From positions 124,001 to 188,000 of IMG/VR virus record IMGVR_UViG_3300048438_000153: a DNA stretch of 64,000 bases. The stretch is one strand, 5' to 3'. Below, piece by piece: positions 36,740 through 47,384 of this stretch. The notes beneath the pieces are model-generated. The model was not told the DNA's origin and searched no databases. It was given only the letters and a program-made list of their open reading frames with translations. Within the stretch, counting starts at the first letter, position 1; the number at the start of each line of letters is the position of its first letter. The position numbers and the translations under genes were made by a program.

Positions 36740-37429
36740 ATGCTTACATATACTAATGCAGAGCGCCCTAAGCTGAAAAAATGGCAGATAGGGGTGATAG
36801 CACTATCCTCTTTCTCCTTTAAGAAACCACAGAAAAAAGCACACTCAGCCCCTCTCAGAGTGATCAACACAAACAAGACCAAGAAGAGAGAAGAAAGAAG
36901 TGCTAAGGGAATCGACCTCAGCCTGAGACACAATGAGGTTAAGAAGATCTTCCTAAAGCACTGCTCTAAAATGTGCCTCGACAACAGGTGTGATCCTGAA
37001 GATGTTCTCCAAGAAGTCTACAAAGGAATCATCATCAGAAACAGTGGTAAATGCCCCTTTGATGAGAGCAAGTCTGCGTTCAGCACCTACGTCGTTATGG
37101 TCTCCAAGTGCGTCACTATCAACTACGTTAATAAGATTGGAAAGAAAACCTATGGCGAAGTCTATGGGAAAGAAGACACGATTGAGAATGAAGACCACAA
37201 TATCGGAGGGTGCGAAGAGTCCTCTGCGGAAGACGTGATGTATTTCAGTGAGCTCAGGAATCTCCTTAAGAAAGAACAAGCAGAGATTTATGATGACCTG
37301 TTAGACGGCCATAAGATTAGCCACATATCTAGGCGAAGAAGCATCGACTCTCGTAAGGTAAACAAGTATATCAGTGAGATCAGAAAGATCCTCCAACCCT
37401 ACATGGAAAGTGAAATGAGCCCATGCTGA
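36740..37429 (+). CDS. Phage sigma70-family RNA polymerase sigma factor
   Basis: Region 2 DPEDVLQEVYKGI...FDESKSAFSTYV; region 4 HTH-like C-terminus. Start uncertain. Confidence 0.75.
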   Translation: MLTYTNAERPKLKKWQIGVIALSSFSFKKPQKKAHSAPLRVINTNKTKKREERSAKGIDLSLRHNEVKKIFLKHCSKMCLDNRCDPEDVLQEVYKGIIIRNSGKCPFDESKSAFSTYVVMVSKCVTINYVNKIGKKTYGEVYGKEDTIENEDHNIGGCEESSAEDVMYFSELRNLLKKEQAEIYDDLLDGHKISHISRRRSIDSRKVNKYISEIRKILQPYMESEMSPC

Positions 37430-38013
37430 CTTTTATCTACTCCACCGTCAACGCTGGGAAGTCTGCTAACCTACTTATGAGAGCCCATTCCTGTTCAGAA
37501 AGAGGAATGAAGTTCCTTATCCTCGCACCTGACATAACAGAGAGCAGAGATGGAGTTGGTCAGGTTGCATCCCGAATCGGGTTCAAGCACGAAGCAGTAC
37601 CTCTTTCTAAGAATTGCGACCCTCTTGAGATCGTCTTCAGGAAGCAACTGAAACAATCTACCACATATGACGTGATCTTCATTGATGAGTCTCAGTTCTT
37701 AACGAGAGAACAGGTAATGCAAGTCACTCGAATCACGGACAATCTGAGTATCCCTGTGTTCGCCTATGGACTTAGGACAGATTTCATGGGAAACCCGTTT
37801 GAGGGCGCTAGTTTCTTAATGGCTTGGTCAGACAAGATTGAGGAGATCGCTACCTTCGCTGTGGGCGGAGAGAAAGCCATCTTCAATCAGAAAGTGGGCG
37901 TAAACGGAGAGCGCGTCACTGAAGGTGAAGTGGTAGACGTGGGCTTCCACTACCTCCCTGTGACGCGCTCAGAGTTTGACCTCCAATCATATTGGAAGTC
38001 AGACCTCTCTTAG
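37423..38013 (+). CDS. tdk: Thymidine kinase
   Basis: YSTVNAGKS, ASRIG, IDESQFL, YGLRTDF..PFEGA. Confidence 0.93.
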   Translation: MLTFIYSTVNAGKSANLLMRAHSCSERGMKFLILAPDITESRDGVGQVASRIGFKHEAVPLSKNCDPLEIVFRKQLKQSTTYDVIFIDESQFLTREQVMQVTRITDNLSIPVFAYGLRTDFMGNPFEGASFLMAWSDKIEEIATFAVGGEKAIFNQKVGVNGERVTEGEVVDVGFHYLPVTRSEFDLQSYWKSDLS

Positions 38014-41000
38014 ATTGAGCTACGGACGTTGAACGTAAACTGAATGTAGAGGAGAGGGAAGATCGGCTTGTAGTAAACCTCTACAAGCAACCCAGTTGGG
38101 TCTTCAGGATCGCGGTCAACAGAAAGACCTGTGTAAGAGTCAATAATCTGCTCTTTCACGAGATCCTTAAACATCATGTTCACGCGACCCTCCACTTGAC
38201 CAACAACGCTAGGGAGGTACTTCTCGCCAATGTAACCATTAAGAAGGTTACGAGCGCGGAGGTGAACCTCATCTGCGATCTGAACTACCGTAGGAGTCTT
38301 AGAAAGAATAGAAGTTCCGTCAGTGGTAAGACCCTGACGCACGTTCAAGACTGCGCCCTGTTGCTGAAGAATCGTCACACCTGATGAAGCAGCCTTATTG
38401 GCGTCAACCGCATCAAGATTTCTCAAGAGCCCATTGAAGCCAACCACTGTGCGGTTCGTCCAAGGCGTAGCTACGTCGATGTTCGCTGAGGTAGTTACGA
38501 AAGCCAACGCAACTGCGAGGTAACGACCATCTACAATCACATTCTGAGACACGCCGTTGGTGTCCGTGAGAGTGAGGCTCACGATGTCAGGATAGATCAA
38601 GCGAACTCGACTATTTCTGACGTTCCTCGCGAGAGTAGATGCTTGCTCAGGTGAAGTCCCTGCGGGAACACCCAAGATCGCTGTGCGCTCAGAGCGGAAT
38701 CTCAAGCTAGACTGAACATCACAGTGAACTGAGATGTCAGAAAGAAGCTCAGAAGAAGCTGGAATGAGAGGCACGATCACAGATGGAGAAACACCTACAG
38801 CGATCTCTCCCTCAACCTCGATGAGCGCCTGACTCATCTGAGCGACAGAAGGCTCAGCTTGACCCTCTTCAAGAGGGATCTGCTTGAGAGCGATGGTCTG
38901 CGCTCCGTTTAAGAAAGCAATGTACGCACCGAGAGAAAGTGGGTTGTCTACAGCAACAGGCCCGTAAGCAGAAACCACGTCAGAAAGACGATTGAAGATG
39001 CCTGTGTTGTAAACAGTCTTTCTGCGAGTCACATCCATGAAGTACGGAGTGCCGATAGAAGGCTCTTTACCATCCTTAAGATATGTCTCGATGATCGCTG
39101 TGTCTCCAACCTCTGTACCCACCGTGTTTGACACGATGAGGCTCACGCCTGTAATCGCGCTCACAGGGATGTTAGCGTTCGCCCTGATTGCACGAGAAAC
39201 CTTGAAGCTCAGAGTTGAGTTGACGCCTGTAGGATAAGGCTGAGCGCCCACTCTAGGGAGAAGCGTGAAAGAGAAGCCTGTCACTGCGTCAACGTAAGTC
39301 TGACCGATCACGCCGTCTGCACCTGTTCCGTCATTAAGAACTGAGGTGTTCGCAGACCCCGATCCTGATGCGTTTGTAGAGGTTACGAAGAAGCCCTGAT
39401 AAGCGTTCTCACCTACTTCGCCGTCACCTGAAACAACACCCAATCTCGTGGTGTGCCTGAGAAAAGCTGTAGCACTGCCGAAAGAAAGGATTGAAGAGAT
39501 GCCTGTAGTAAGAGACTCGAAAGCAACGAAGCTCTCACCGATAGCGTTCTTCTCGATGTAAGAAATACCCTGAGATCCGAAGCCGCCTACGGGAAGAACA
39601 CTCGTCATCACCGCGCCTACGCTCGCTGAGCTGTGTTGCATGACCGCAGAAGAAAGAGCGGTTGCTGAAACGAGAGTCGCCACTTCAGTCTGATCCCCAA
39701 ACAAGCCGAGAAGATCATTAGCAGTACCCTCTAAGACTCTGATGTAGTCATCCTCAGTGTTGCCTGTAGCGACAATCCTGAGTCGATCACCTTCAATGAC
39801 GACAGAGCCGAGAGCGCCGAGCGCAGTGTTAATCTGAGCCCATGCGGTACCAGCATCCGTCAAGCCGTCCTTGAACAAGTCTGTGTCAGTACCCGCGCCT
39901 GATGCTGAGAAAGTAACAGAGACAGTCTCACCTGATATATCGAGGTTAAGCGTATTATTCTGAGCGAACAGAGCATTCGTTCCGTCATAGAAAGTAATCT
40001 CAGGACTACCGTTCACAGCAGACTGAGCATTCCTACCTACTCTTAAGAGGAGAGAAGGACTCTCGACCACTGAACTACGCGCAGAAAGAACTTCTTCAAG
40101 CTCAAGACCTGACTCCGCCAACAGTGATCCGCCTGTTACCTCAAGACCAAGCTGAACAGGTGCAGTATAGTTTGCACCGACACGAGTTCTGTTTCTGAGG
40201 ACGAGCCTATCCTTGAGCGCGTTAGAGTCAGCAGAAAGGTCGGTAGAAACGAAGCTCGCTACAGGGAGAATACCGAACTTAGTCTGAGCACCGCCAACGC
40301 CCGTGTCTGTGTCGATACCTGAGATCAGAGCAAAGTCGGTGTCGTCTCCTGTAGAAAGGAACTCGATGTAACCGCTCGTATCTCCCGCCTCAAGACCGTC
40401 AAGAGTAAAGACGAGGAAACCATCTTCTACAGATACGTTGAGGTCAACCGCCCCATTGAAGTTAGCAAGATCGTCAATCTGAGTCTCTATCTCTGTCGCC
40501 ACATCACTTGCGTTGTCGTAAGCCTGAGCTGTGAGAGTGAGGTCATGCTGAGTCGCACCGTTAGCATCACCTACATAGTTAACTCTAAGGACGTTGTGCC
40601 TACCTGATGAGAGATCAACCGCGCCCATTGTGACCATTGAGTAGTATTTAGCGCCAACAGCGTTGAACGCAGTGTTGATCGCTAAAGCGAAGTCCGTTGC
40701 AGTGGCGTTAGCAACAGCGAGGAGGTTCACAGAAACGTCCACGTTGTCGATCTTTAAGAAGATGTCACCGCTGATCGCGTCATTACCCAAGTCAGCGTTG
40801 TCAGTCTCAGGTACATATGGGAGAGGGTTGCCCACATGATAAGTGAAGAGACTTGACCCTTGAGTGGAAGGCGAGCTGAGGTTGATTGTGTTCTCACCGT
40901 TGCTATCTACTGTAATCTTAAATTCGTCTGAGTTGCCCGAAATGAACGCGAAAGGCGCTGGGTTCGGAGCGACGAAGATAGAGGGAGTCGGATCGAAACT

Positions 41001-42809
41001 TCCGATCTGAACAGAAACGGTTTCTTCAACTGCCCTACCTGAACCGAGAGTCGCATCAGAGAGCGTCTCACTACCTGAAGGGAAGTTAAGACTGATGAGA
41101 GAGAGGTCAGAACCCTTACCCTCGAAAGAAACGCCGTAGAGAGGCAATCCTGAGCGCGAGAGGCTGTATGTACCGACGTTTGACCCACCGATAGAAGCCA
41201 CTGTGACCTCATAGCCACCGCCTGCAATCTCAAACTCATCTTGGATGTTGTTGTAGTAGAAAGTAGCAAACACTTTTTGACCGAAAGGAACAGTCTCGCT
41301 GAGGGTGACTGTTGAGTCGGTGGGGTTAACTCTTACAACGTCTACAGGATCGTTTTCGAGCGCGTCTGAAATATTAGACCCAATGCGAACGATGACCTTT
41401 GTCGTGTTGCTTGTAGGAGTCCCCATCCCAGTACCGTCAGTAGGCTGATGAGGGAGCTTGAACACGTTCGGGAGAACGCGAGGAGGCACGACTGAGGTGT
41501 CAGAAACAGGAGTACACTCTGCTAAGAATATTCTCTCGTCTTTGAGGGTCGCAGTGATCTGATTTCTACCGAAAGAAACCTGACCGTTCTGAGTCGTACC
41601 CTCAGAGACAGATGCGAAAGTACCCCAATAAATCTTGTCGTCCTTGAGCACCCAACTGACACCCTCAATGAAGATCGAGTCTGCGCCACCGCCTTCAGGG
41701 ATGAGAGACACTCGATTGACTGAGGTCACGTCCCTTGAAGGGATATAGTCGAAGTTGTCACGGAAAGAGTTGAAGAAGTAAGAAATAGCTACTGTCTGAC
41801 CGACTCTAGGAGGCTGTGCGAGCGTTACCGCGCCTGTCGCGGGATCAAGTGATACAGGGATCACAGGCGCGCCGTCTACAGTTAATGTGACGTCGCTCAC
41901 CTCAGAGGTAGTAATACCACCGTTAGTGCCGTCTACAATCGGAGCTTGGTCGGTGAAGAAAGTAGCGTTTCTAGCTGATCCGCGCTGACCCTCGAAAAGA
42001 CCGACGACCTCATTTGCTGAGCCTGTCCCTACGAGGATAGACCCATCAGCAACGAGCTTAAGATTCGTCGATCCCTTGTGGTCAACGTATGAGCTCGCAA
42101 CGAGAGTTCCGATGCTAGATGCGTTGATCTTTCCGAGGATCGCGTTGAGGTGATTCTCGCGAGTGGTGTTCTGAGGCTTAAGAGGAAGCTCAACCACACT
42201 CGCTGTTCCGTCAACGGTAATGATCAGAGTTCGTGTATTAACACCAACCTCCATAGATCCTGACGCGCCGAAGATATCTGATGTCTCAGCAGAGACTTGA
42301 TCAGTAATATCTTCTGAATCCACGAAGGTATCAGTACGGTTAAAGAAATATGAAATACGAACGTCATCGCCCTCATTAGGGGCTTCAGAAAGAGTCACAA
42401 GACCATCTGCGCCCTTGATCGCGAGCACCACTACAGGAGAGCCGTTGATCGTAGCAGAAACAGATCCCGCTGACGTCGCTGTTGAGCCTGAGCCGTCTCC
42501 TGTGACGATAGGCCAATGGAGGGTTCTCACTACGTTAGTCTGACCGTCGAAAGCACCTAAGTTATAAGTGCCGTTCGGGTTCTGAGAAAGAGCAACGCGA
42601 CCTGACGCATCCTCCTCAACTATTTCCTGATCAACGGTAGCACTCGACCCTCGAACGAGAGTGATCCCATTCTGAGCAAAAGTCTCAGTACCCGATCCGA
42701 TAAGAAGGGGGAGTCTCCCCGAAAAGTTACTCTGAGGAGTAGGAGACTCAAATACTGTCTCCGTATATACTCCGGGTGGTGCGTATCCGCCACGAATAGC
42801 CATAGTCAT
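38010..42809 (-). CDS. Tail sheath protein, very large with inserted domains
   Basis: N-terminal YAPPGVYTE; C-terminal sheath core (SERTAILG, RVRLIYPD, VRQGLTT, VYYKPIFPLLYIQFTF). Confidence 0.88.
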   Translation of the reverse strand: MTMAIRGGYAPPGVYTETVFESPTPQSNFSGRLPLLIGSGTETFAQNGITLVRGSSATVDQEIVEEDASGRVALSQNPNGTYNLGAFDGQTNVVRTLHWPIVTGDGSGSTATSAGSVSATINGSPVVVLAIKGADGLVTLSEAPNEGDDVRISYFFNRTDTFVDSEDITDQVSAETSDIFGASGSMEVGVNTRTLIITVDGTASVVELPLKPQNTTRENHLNAILGKINASSIGTLVASSYVDHKGSTNLKLVADGSILVGTGSANEVVGLFEGQRGSARNATFFTDQAPIVDGTNGGITTSEVSDVTLTVDGAPVIPVSLDPATGAVTLAQPPRVGQTVAISYFFNSFRDNFDYIPSRDVTSVNRVSLIPEGGGADSIFIEGVSWVLKDDKIYWGTFASVSEGTTQNGQVSFGRNQITATLKDERIFLAECTPVSDTSVVPPRVLPNVFKLPHQPTDGTGMGTPTSNTTKVIVRIGSNISDALENDPVDVVRVNPTDSTVTLSETVPFGQKVFATFYYNNIQDEFEIAGGGYEVTVASIGGSNVGTYSLSRSGLPLYGVSFEGKGSDLSLISLNFPSGSETLSDATLGSGRAVEETVSVQIGSFDPTPSIFVAPNPAPFAFISGNSDEFKITVDSNGENTINLSSPSTQGSSLFTYHVGNPLPYVPETDNADLGNDAISGDIFLKIDNVDVSVNLLAVANATATDFALAINTAFNAVGAKYYSMVTMGAVDLSSGRHNVLRVNYVGDANGATQHDLTLTAQAYDNASDVATEIETQIDDLANFNGAVDLNVSVEDGFLVFTLDGLEAGDTSGYIEFLSTGDDTDFALISGIDTDTGVGGAQTKFGILPVASFVSTDLSADSNALKDRLVLRNRTRVGANYTAPVQLGLEVTGGSLLAESGLELEEVLSARSSVVESPSLLLRVGRNAQSAVNGSPEITFYDGTNALFAQNNTLNLDISGETVSVTFSASGAGTDTDLFKDGLTDAGTAWAQINTALGALGSVVIEGDRLRIVATGNTEDDYIRVLEGTANDLLGLFGDQTEVATLVSATALSSAVMQHSSASVGAVMTSVLPVGGFGSQGISYIEKNAIGESFVAFESLTTGISSILSFGSATAFLRHTTRLGVVSGDGEVGENAYQGFFVTSTNASGSGSANTSVLNDGTGADGVIGQTYVDAVTGFSFTLLPRVGAQPYPTGVNSTLSFKVSRAIRANANIPVSAITGVSLIVSNTVGTEVGDTAIIETYLKDGKEPSIGTPYFMDVTRRKTVYNTGIFNRLSDVVSAYGPVAVDNPLSLGAYIAFLNGAQTIALKQIPLEEGQAEPSVAQMSQALIEVEGEIAVGVSPSVIVPLIPASSELLSDISVHCDVQSSLRFRSERTAILGVPAGTSPEQASTLARNVRNSRVRLIYPDIVSLTLTDTNGVSQNVIVDGRYLAVALAFVTTSANIDVATPWTNRTVVGFNGLLRNLDAVDANKAASSGVTILQQQGAVLNVRQGLTTDGTSILSKTPTVVQIADEVHLRARNLLNGYIGEKYLPSVVGQVEGRVNMMFKDLVKEQIIDSYTGLSVDRDPEDPTGLLVEVYYKPIFPLLYIQFTFNVRSSI

Positions 42810-43240
42810 TTCTCCTGTTTGTTAGTGGATGAGCTAGATTTCATATTGTCCATAGCAGTGACCCTGCTAGTGCGGAGTGTCTCTCCCATCTTAGGGAGAA
42901 CTTCATAGGTTTGGTCAGGCATTCTTATAAGGTCATTTCCTGTGACCTTATAAGACTCGATGATGTCCCACTTGTCTCTCCGCCTCTTGTAAATCTGCTC
43001 CCATTTCTGACGAGCATCCTCACCGATCACTCGGTCATAGTCTAAATCGAAAGACTCAACCCCTGTGGCCTGAGCTTTCATCGACTGACCTACTTTTCCT
43101 GTGAAGCCCACAGAAGCAGAGACGCTGTTTTCAACGCGAGCTTGATCGCCACAGTCACACTTAAGAGTGCCTGTGCCTCTACGCACTCTCTTTCTCGACG
43201 AAAGGCCGCACGATCCGCATTGAAACTTCAAGATAGGCAT
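42806..43240 (-). CDS. Zinc-ribbon protein (FmdB-like N-terminus)
   Basis: MPILKFQCGSCG...CDCG. Confidence 0.65.
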   Translation of the reverse strand: MPILKFQCGSCGLSSRKRVRRGTGTLKCDCGDQARVENSVSASVGFTGKVGQSMKAQATGVESFDLDYDRVIGEDARQKWEQIYKRRRDKWDIIESYKVTGNDLIRMPDQTYEVLPKMGETLRTSRVTAMDNMKSSSSTNKQEK

Positions 43241-43282
43241 AAAGAGTCCTCCTTCTATATTCTTATGCTTGAGATAGAATAA

Positions 43283-44395
43283 CTATAAAAGACGCTGAAC
43301 AAAGTCAGGGGAGCGATTTCCAAGACCCGTGACAGGACTCGTAATCGAAGTGAGCTCAATGCCCTGTTTAGAAATACTATGGATCGGCACAACGAGAGGG
43401 AAATGAATAAACCAATCTACCTGAAGAGAGAAACTTAAACTCGCCGTGTAGAAATAGTCATCCCCATTGTCGTCGTAGACCTCCTCAGACTCACCGCCTA
43501 AAGAAACATCAGAGAGCTCTAGCCCCAAGTTCGTGAGCTTAGGTCTGAGCTGAGCCCATAACCACACCGCAGTCTGATCCGCAATATCAGCCTGTGAATG
43601 AACGTCTCTTGTGATTAAGTCTATGTCCACACTCACATCCCATCGACCACCGTATTCGTGAGCAACCTGTTCTCTTTCTTCAGCTACGATGATCGCTACT
43701 TCATCACCTTTTCTTAAACGCCTCCCGAAAGAAATAACCACACCTTTGATGATCTTTCTGTACGCAACTGCGGGCTTCACTCTGAAAGGACCTTGTTGGG
43801 TGTTCTCCTCGGTATAAAGCGCCCTTAGACGCAACCCTCTACGCACTTCTTCCATCAGCGTGACCGCACTATCCTGTAAGACGTACTCAGACATCCCTAG
43901 AATACGGCCTGACGGCTCTTCTATAATCCTAAGAGAATCCTCTATAGGAGTGCCGTTAAGTGTGATCTCTGTAGGTGACGAGAACATTAAGTTGTCCTCT
44001 ACTACGCGCCGATACCTTGTGTAGTAGACATCGAACTCTCTCGACGCGGGATCAACACCCTCAGCCTCGTGAACAGAAAGCACGTAGACTCCAGGCTCAT
44101 CGGGCATCTGATGAGAATCCTCTCTAACCCAATCTACTGATCCCAAGTAATTCTTATCAGGAAGCCTCGCGAGGCTCACATAGCCTTCAACCGTACCTAT
44201 AAAGTTGTCGGGAGAAAGAACCACGTTATTAGCACCCCCTGTCCTCACAACCATGCCGAACTGAGGACGCTCTTCAAAGCTGTACTTACCCTGTATATTC
44301 TGAGCGAAATCAGGGTAGCGTGGGTGATCAGACCAAAAGTCTCTCAGCTCCCGAATCACTCTGTCTCGGACAGCTAAAGTTAAATGGTGGAACAT
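43283..44395 (-). CDS. Putative tail completion/terminator protein
   Basis: Just upstream of the sheath; beta-rich C-terminus (WDVSVDIDLITRD...YTASLSFSLQVDW). Confidence 0.45.
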   Translation of the reverse strand: MFHHLTLAVRDRVIRELRDFWSDHPRYPDFAQNIQGKYSFEERPQFGMVVRTGGANNVVLSPDNFIGTVEGYVSLARLPDKNYLGSVDWVREDSHQMPDEPGVYVLSVHEAEGVDPASREFDVYYTRYRRVVEDNLMFSSPTEITLNGTPIEDSLRIIEEPSGRILGMSEYVLQDSAVTLMEEVRRGLRLRALYTEENTQQGPFRVKPAVAYRKIIKGVVISFGRRLRKGDEVAIIVAEEREQVAHEYGGRWDVSVDIDLITRDVHSQADIADQTAVWLWAQLRPKLTNLGLELSDVSLGGESEEVYDDNGDDYFYTASLSFSLQVDWFIHFPLVVPIHSISKQGIELTSITSPVTGLGNRSPDFVQRLL

Positions 44396-44400
44396 AACGT

Positions 44401-44592
44401 CTACTCCTCTTTAACGAACACAATAAGAGTGTCGTTGACCATCTGTACGGACACAGCACCCTTCAAGTGGAGATCAGAGACGTGTAGTCCATCTCGACTC
44501 TCTTGAACGACTTTGAGCCTCTGAAAGCCTATGCTTTCTTTCTTGTCTACACCCACTAAGATTACGGGATATGTCGGGTTTTTTTCTCTCAT
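44401..44592 (-). CDS. Small hypothetical protein
   Basis: Start likely MREKNP (44592), because the promoter motif lies at 44626-44638. Confidence 0.55.
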   Translation of the reverse strand: MREKNPTYPVILVGVDKKESIGFQRLKVVQESRDGLHVSDLHLKGAVSVQMVNDTLIVFVKEE

Positions 44593-44635
44593 GCTAGACT
44601 CTCTTTCTTTTATAAGAAAGTCTAGCATAAATGTT

Positions 44636-45655
44636 TTATCCTAGAGCGATCTTCGTAGAAAGAACAAGCTCCTTAGAAACCCTGTATGGGTCAGCGTTCG
44701 CGTTGGGTCTTCTATCCTCGAAATAGCCCTTAGAATTCTGAACTGTCTCAAGAGGTATTCGGACGCTCGCGGTACGGTCAGACGCGCCCCACCTAAACTC
44801 GTCATAGCGACACGTCTCATGCTTACCCGTGAGGCGGATCTCGTAGCCGTCTCCATAGGCTTCAAGGTGACCTGTCAGTCGCCCTGACATGGTTTTAAGA
44901 ATCTTCTCTATGTTCGAGAAGCCCACGCCGTCCTCTCTAGTGCTCGCAGTAGAGAAGTTAGTGTGCATACCCGCGCCATTCCAATCTCCGGGGACGGGCT
45001 TAGGGTCAAGGGTCGCAGAGAGATTGAACTCTTCCCCAACACGATATAAGAGCCATCTTGCGATCCACACATAGTCTGAAGAATCAACGATGTCTATGTG
45101 TGGACCTCCAACTTGGAACTCCCACTGACCGGGCATGACCTCAGCGTTCACACCTGTGATGGGGATGTCTGCTTTAAGACAAAGCTCAAGATGCTTTTCT
45201 ACAAGAGCGCGTCCCGCCACCTCATCTGAGCCCACTCCGCAGTAGTAAGGTCCTTGAGCGGGTGGGAATCTTCTTTCTGAGGGAAAACCCACAGGCTTCG
45301 ATCCCTCAAAAAGAGTATACTCTTGCTCAAAGCCTCCCCACGCCATCATTTCTCTATCGTAGACGCTCGTTAGCTGAGATCTGTAGTTAGAGGGGTGAGG
45401 AGTCACACCATCTGCGAGAAAGACTTCACAGAGGACGAGCACATTCTGATCTCCCCGAATAGGGTCGCTTACGACCTTTACAGGGCGTAAGACGCAATCA
45501 GAGTTGTCTCCCACAGCTTGCTCTGTGGACGAGCCGTCGAAAGACCAATCAGGGAATTGAGGGAGTCCGTTTACAGGAGGAAGAACCCTAGTCTTAGAAC
45601 GAACTCTCGCGGTGGGCGAGCCTCCATCAATCCAAATATATTCTGCAATCACCAT
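44636..45655 (-). CDS. glnII: Glutamine synthetase type II
   Basis: AEYIWIDG, WSFDGSST.QA, QGPYYCGVG, NAEVMPGQWEFQVG, DWNGAGMHTNFS, RLTGKHET, GYFEDRRP. Confidence 0.96.
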   Translation of the reverse strand: MVIAEYIWIDGGSPTARVRSKTRVLPPVNGLPQFPDWSFDGSSTEQAVGDNSDCVLRPVKVVSDPIRGDQNVLVLCEVFLADGVTPHPSNYRSQLTSVYDREMMAWGGFEQEYTLFEGSKPVGFPSERRFPPAQGPYYCGVGSDEVAGRALVEKHLELCLKADIPITGVNAEVMPGQWEFQVGGPHIDIVDSSDYVWIARWLLYRVGEEFNLSATLDPKPVPGDWNGAGMHTNFSTASTREDGVGFSNIEKILKTMSGRLTGHLEAYGDGYEIRLTGKHETCRYDEFRWGASDRTASVRIPLETVQNSKGYFEDRRPNANADPYRVSKELVLSTKIALG

Positions 45656-45736
45656 TGGCGCAGTCCTTTACGTTCGGGGGAAGAAAGAAACCACTGTACC
45701 ATATATCCACTAAGATTTAATCCTAGCGGATGCAAA

Positions 45737-47383
45737 TCATACGACTTGATCCAAGAGATGAGTGACCACCGCGCTCTTGATGTACTTGAAGCTCTTGGGT
45801 GTTAAGACTCCGCCGATCTCAAAGTACGTTTTAGATCTTTTCAGAGCCTCCATGAAATGATCTCTAATCGACTCTTTAGAAAGACCGTAGTTCTTTCTCA
45901 GATACTCTTCGGACTCAGACGCAATCTGCTGTAGAAAAGCCTTAACCTCTGAGCTGTGGTTCACATACCTCCGAGCCTCAGCTACTGACTTATTCTTTCT
46001 CCCGTATCCCTCCATATTCTTATGGTAAAGAATCTTGTCGTAGGCATGAGTCACCTCATGCTCAAGGATACCTAAGAACTCTCTTTTGAATTTAGCCTCG
46101 AAGTTTGAATATTTACGAGTCAAAGGGTGTGTCAGGTTCGCGGGGTAGTCCTTTATCCGAATGATGATGTGATGGTCATTAAAGATATATAGCCCACTAC
46201 CTTCTCTATCTTTATCAATCTCAGCAGTGACATAGACACTCTCTTCACCGACACTAAGTTTGCCTACTAGAAAGTGAGGAAACCTAGAAGCCTCAGAGAT
46301 ATAAGACACACCCTTCTCTGTAGCTTTCTCGGCGCGTTTCTCAATCTGACCCCAAGCTTGGTCTGTAAGCTCTCTTAAAGGGCGCTTATCTATACGGATG
46401 GGGCGAGCCGCCGATTTGTCTTTGATCAAGTCCTTGCCCTCTTCAGAGAACGTCGGTGTGAGAACAGGCTTCTGACCCTCACTCTTAGCCTCCTCACTCC
46501 TCTTCTTGCGCGCCAACGTAGCCCTCTGTTCTTTCGTGAGATCGTGGGCTTTGTCTCTCGGCATACACTTGAGTGGGTTCTTTCCTCCATCCGTGACGCT
46601 TCTCCAACTCGGCTCACTAGAGATGGCACATGGGCCAACAATGTCTCCTGCCTCATAAGTCTTAGACTCCCCGTTTTCTTTCTCTACGGTGTGTTTGATC
46701 GGAGTGATCGCGATCCAATCACCCCATGTAGCTCGCTCATCGGGCTTACCCCCACCATGACCCGCAAACCAAGTGGAAAGACCGCCATGACCTGTATTCT
46801 TAAGTTTGGGGCCATCTCTCTGTGCTGATCGTAGATATCGGGAAGCTACCCTATATGGACTACTAGACCCTTTTTTGACCCCATAGCAGTTCTTATATGG
46901 TCTACAAGACGCTTTCTCTGAGAAGCCCATCTCGCCACAGATCTTGGACTCACAGTGCTCTTTATCCCACTTACGAGGCTTCTTGTACGAAGTATCTTTC
47001 CCCGAAGAGTTCTTTCTCAGAGAAGGGTTTCTGAGCATGGTATCTCTTGTCCTGAAATCTTTGTTCCTACCCTTGTTAGGCTTGAACCCAAATCTCCTAT
47101 AAAACTTAGTCAAACGAGACACGGAGCTCGCGCCGAAGTCTGTTGAAGGAGAAAGAGATAACATAACACCATGATCATCAGCCCAAGAGATAATCTGAGA
47201 CATGACCTCTGAACCCAAACCTTGCTTTCGATTTTCTGAGGGGATCTGAACTGTCATGATCCTGACGATAGGGGCGTGATATTCATCCCCGCTCGATAGG
47301 AAAGAAGTCCATAAAACAAGACCCTGATATCGTCTCTCTAAGTTATCTTCTAGTGTCTTTAGCGACTGCTCTAAAATAGACAT
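45737..47383 (-). CDS. Multi-module protein: GNAT-like + small Cys domain + basic domain + zincin
   Basis: RKQGLGS...LTKFYRRFGF (GNAT); RVASRYLRSA and KSA linkers; ILEHEVTHAYD...YVNHSSEVKAF. Confidence 0.7.
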   Translation of the reverse strand: MSILEQSLKTLEDNLERRYQGLVLWTSFLSSGDEYHAPIVRIMTVQIPSENRKQGLGSEVMSQIISWADDHGVMLSLSPSTDFGASSVSRLTKFYRRFGFKPNKGRNKDFRTRDTMLRNPSLRKNSSGKDTSYKKPRKWDKEHCESKICGEMGFSEKASCRPYKNCYGVKKGSSSPYRVASRYLRSAQRDGPKLKNTGHGGLSTWFAGHGGGKPDERATWGDWIAITPIKHTVEKENGESKTYEAGDIVGPCAISSEPSWRSVTDGGKNPLKCMPRDKAHDLTKEQRATLARKKRSEEAKSEGQKPVLTPTFSEEGKDLIKDKSAARPIRIDKRPLRELTDQAWGQIEKRAEKATEKGVSYISEASRFPHFLVGKLSVGEESVYVTAEIDKDREGSGLYIFNDHHIIIRIKDYPANLTHPLTRKYSNFEAKFKREFLGILEHEVTHAYDKILYHKNMEGYGRKNKSVAEARRYVNHSSEVKAFLQQIASESEEYLRKNYGLSKESIRDHFMEALKRSKTYFEIGGVLTPKSFKYIKSAVVTHLLDQVV

Positions 47384-47384
47384 A

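Noticed and set aside
38010-42809. Bacterial contractile injection system or tailocin
   Set aside because: Head genes and phage replication/transcription genes are present.
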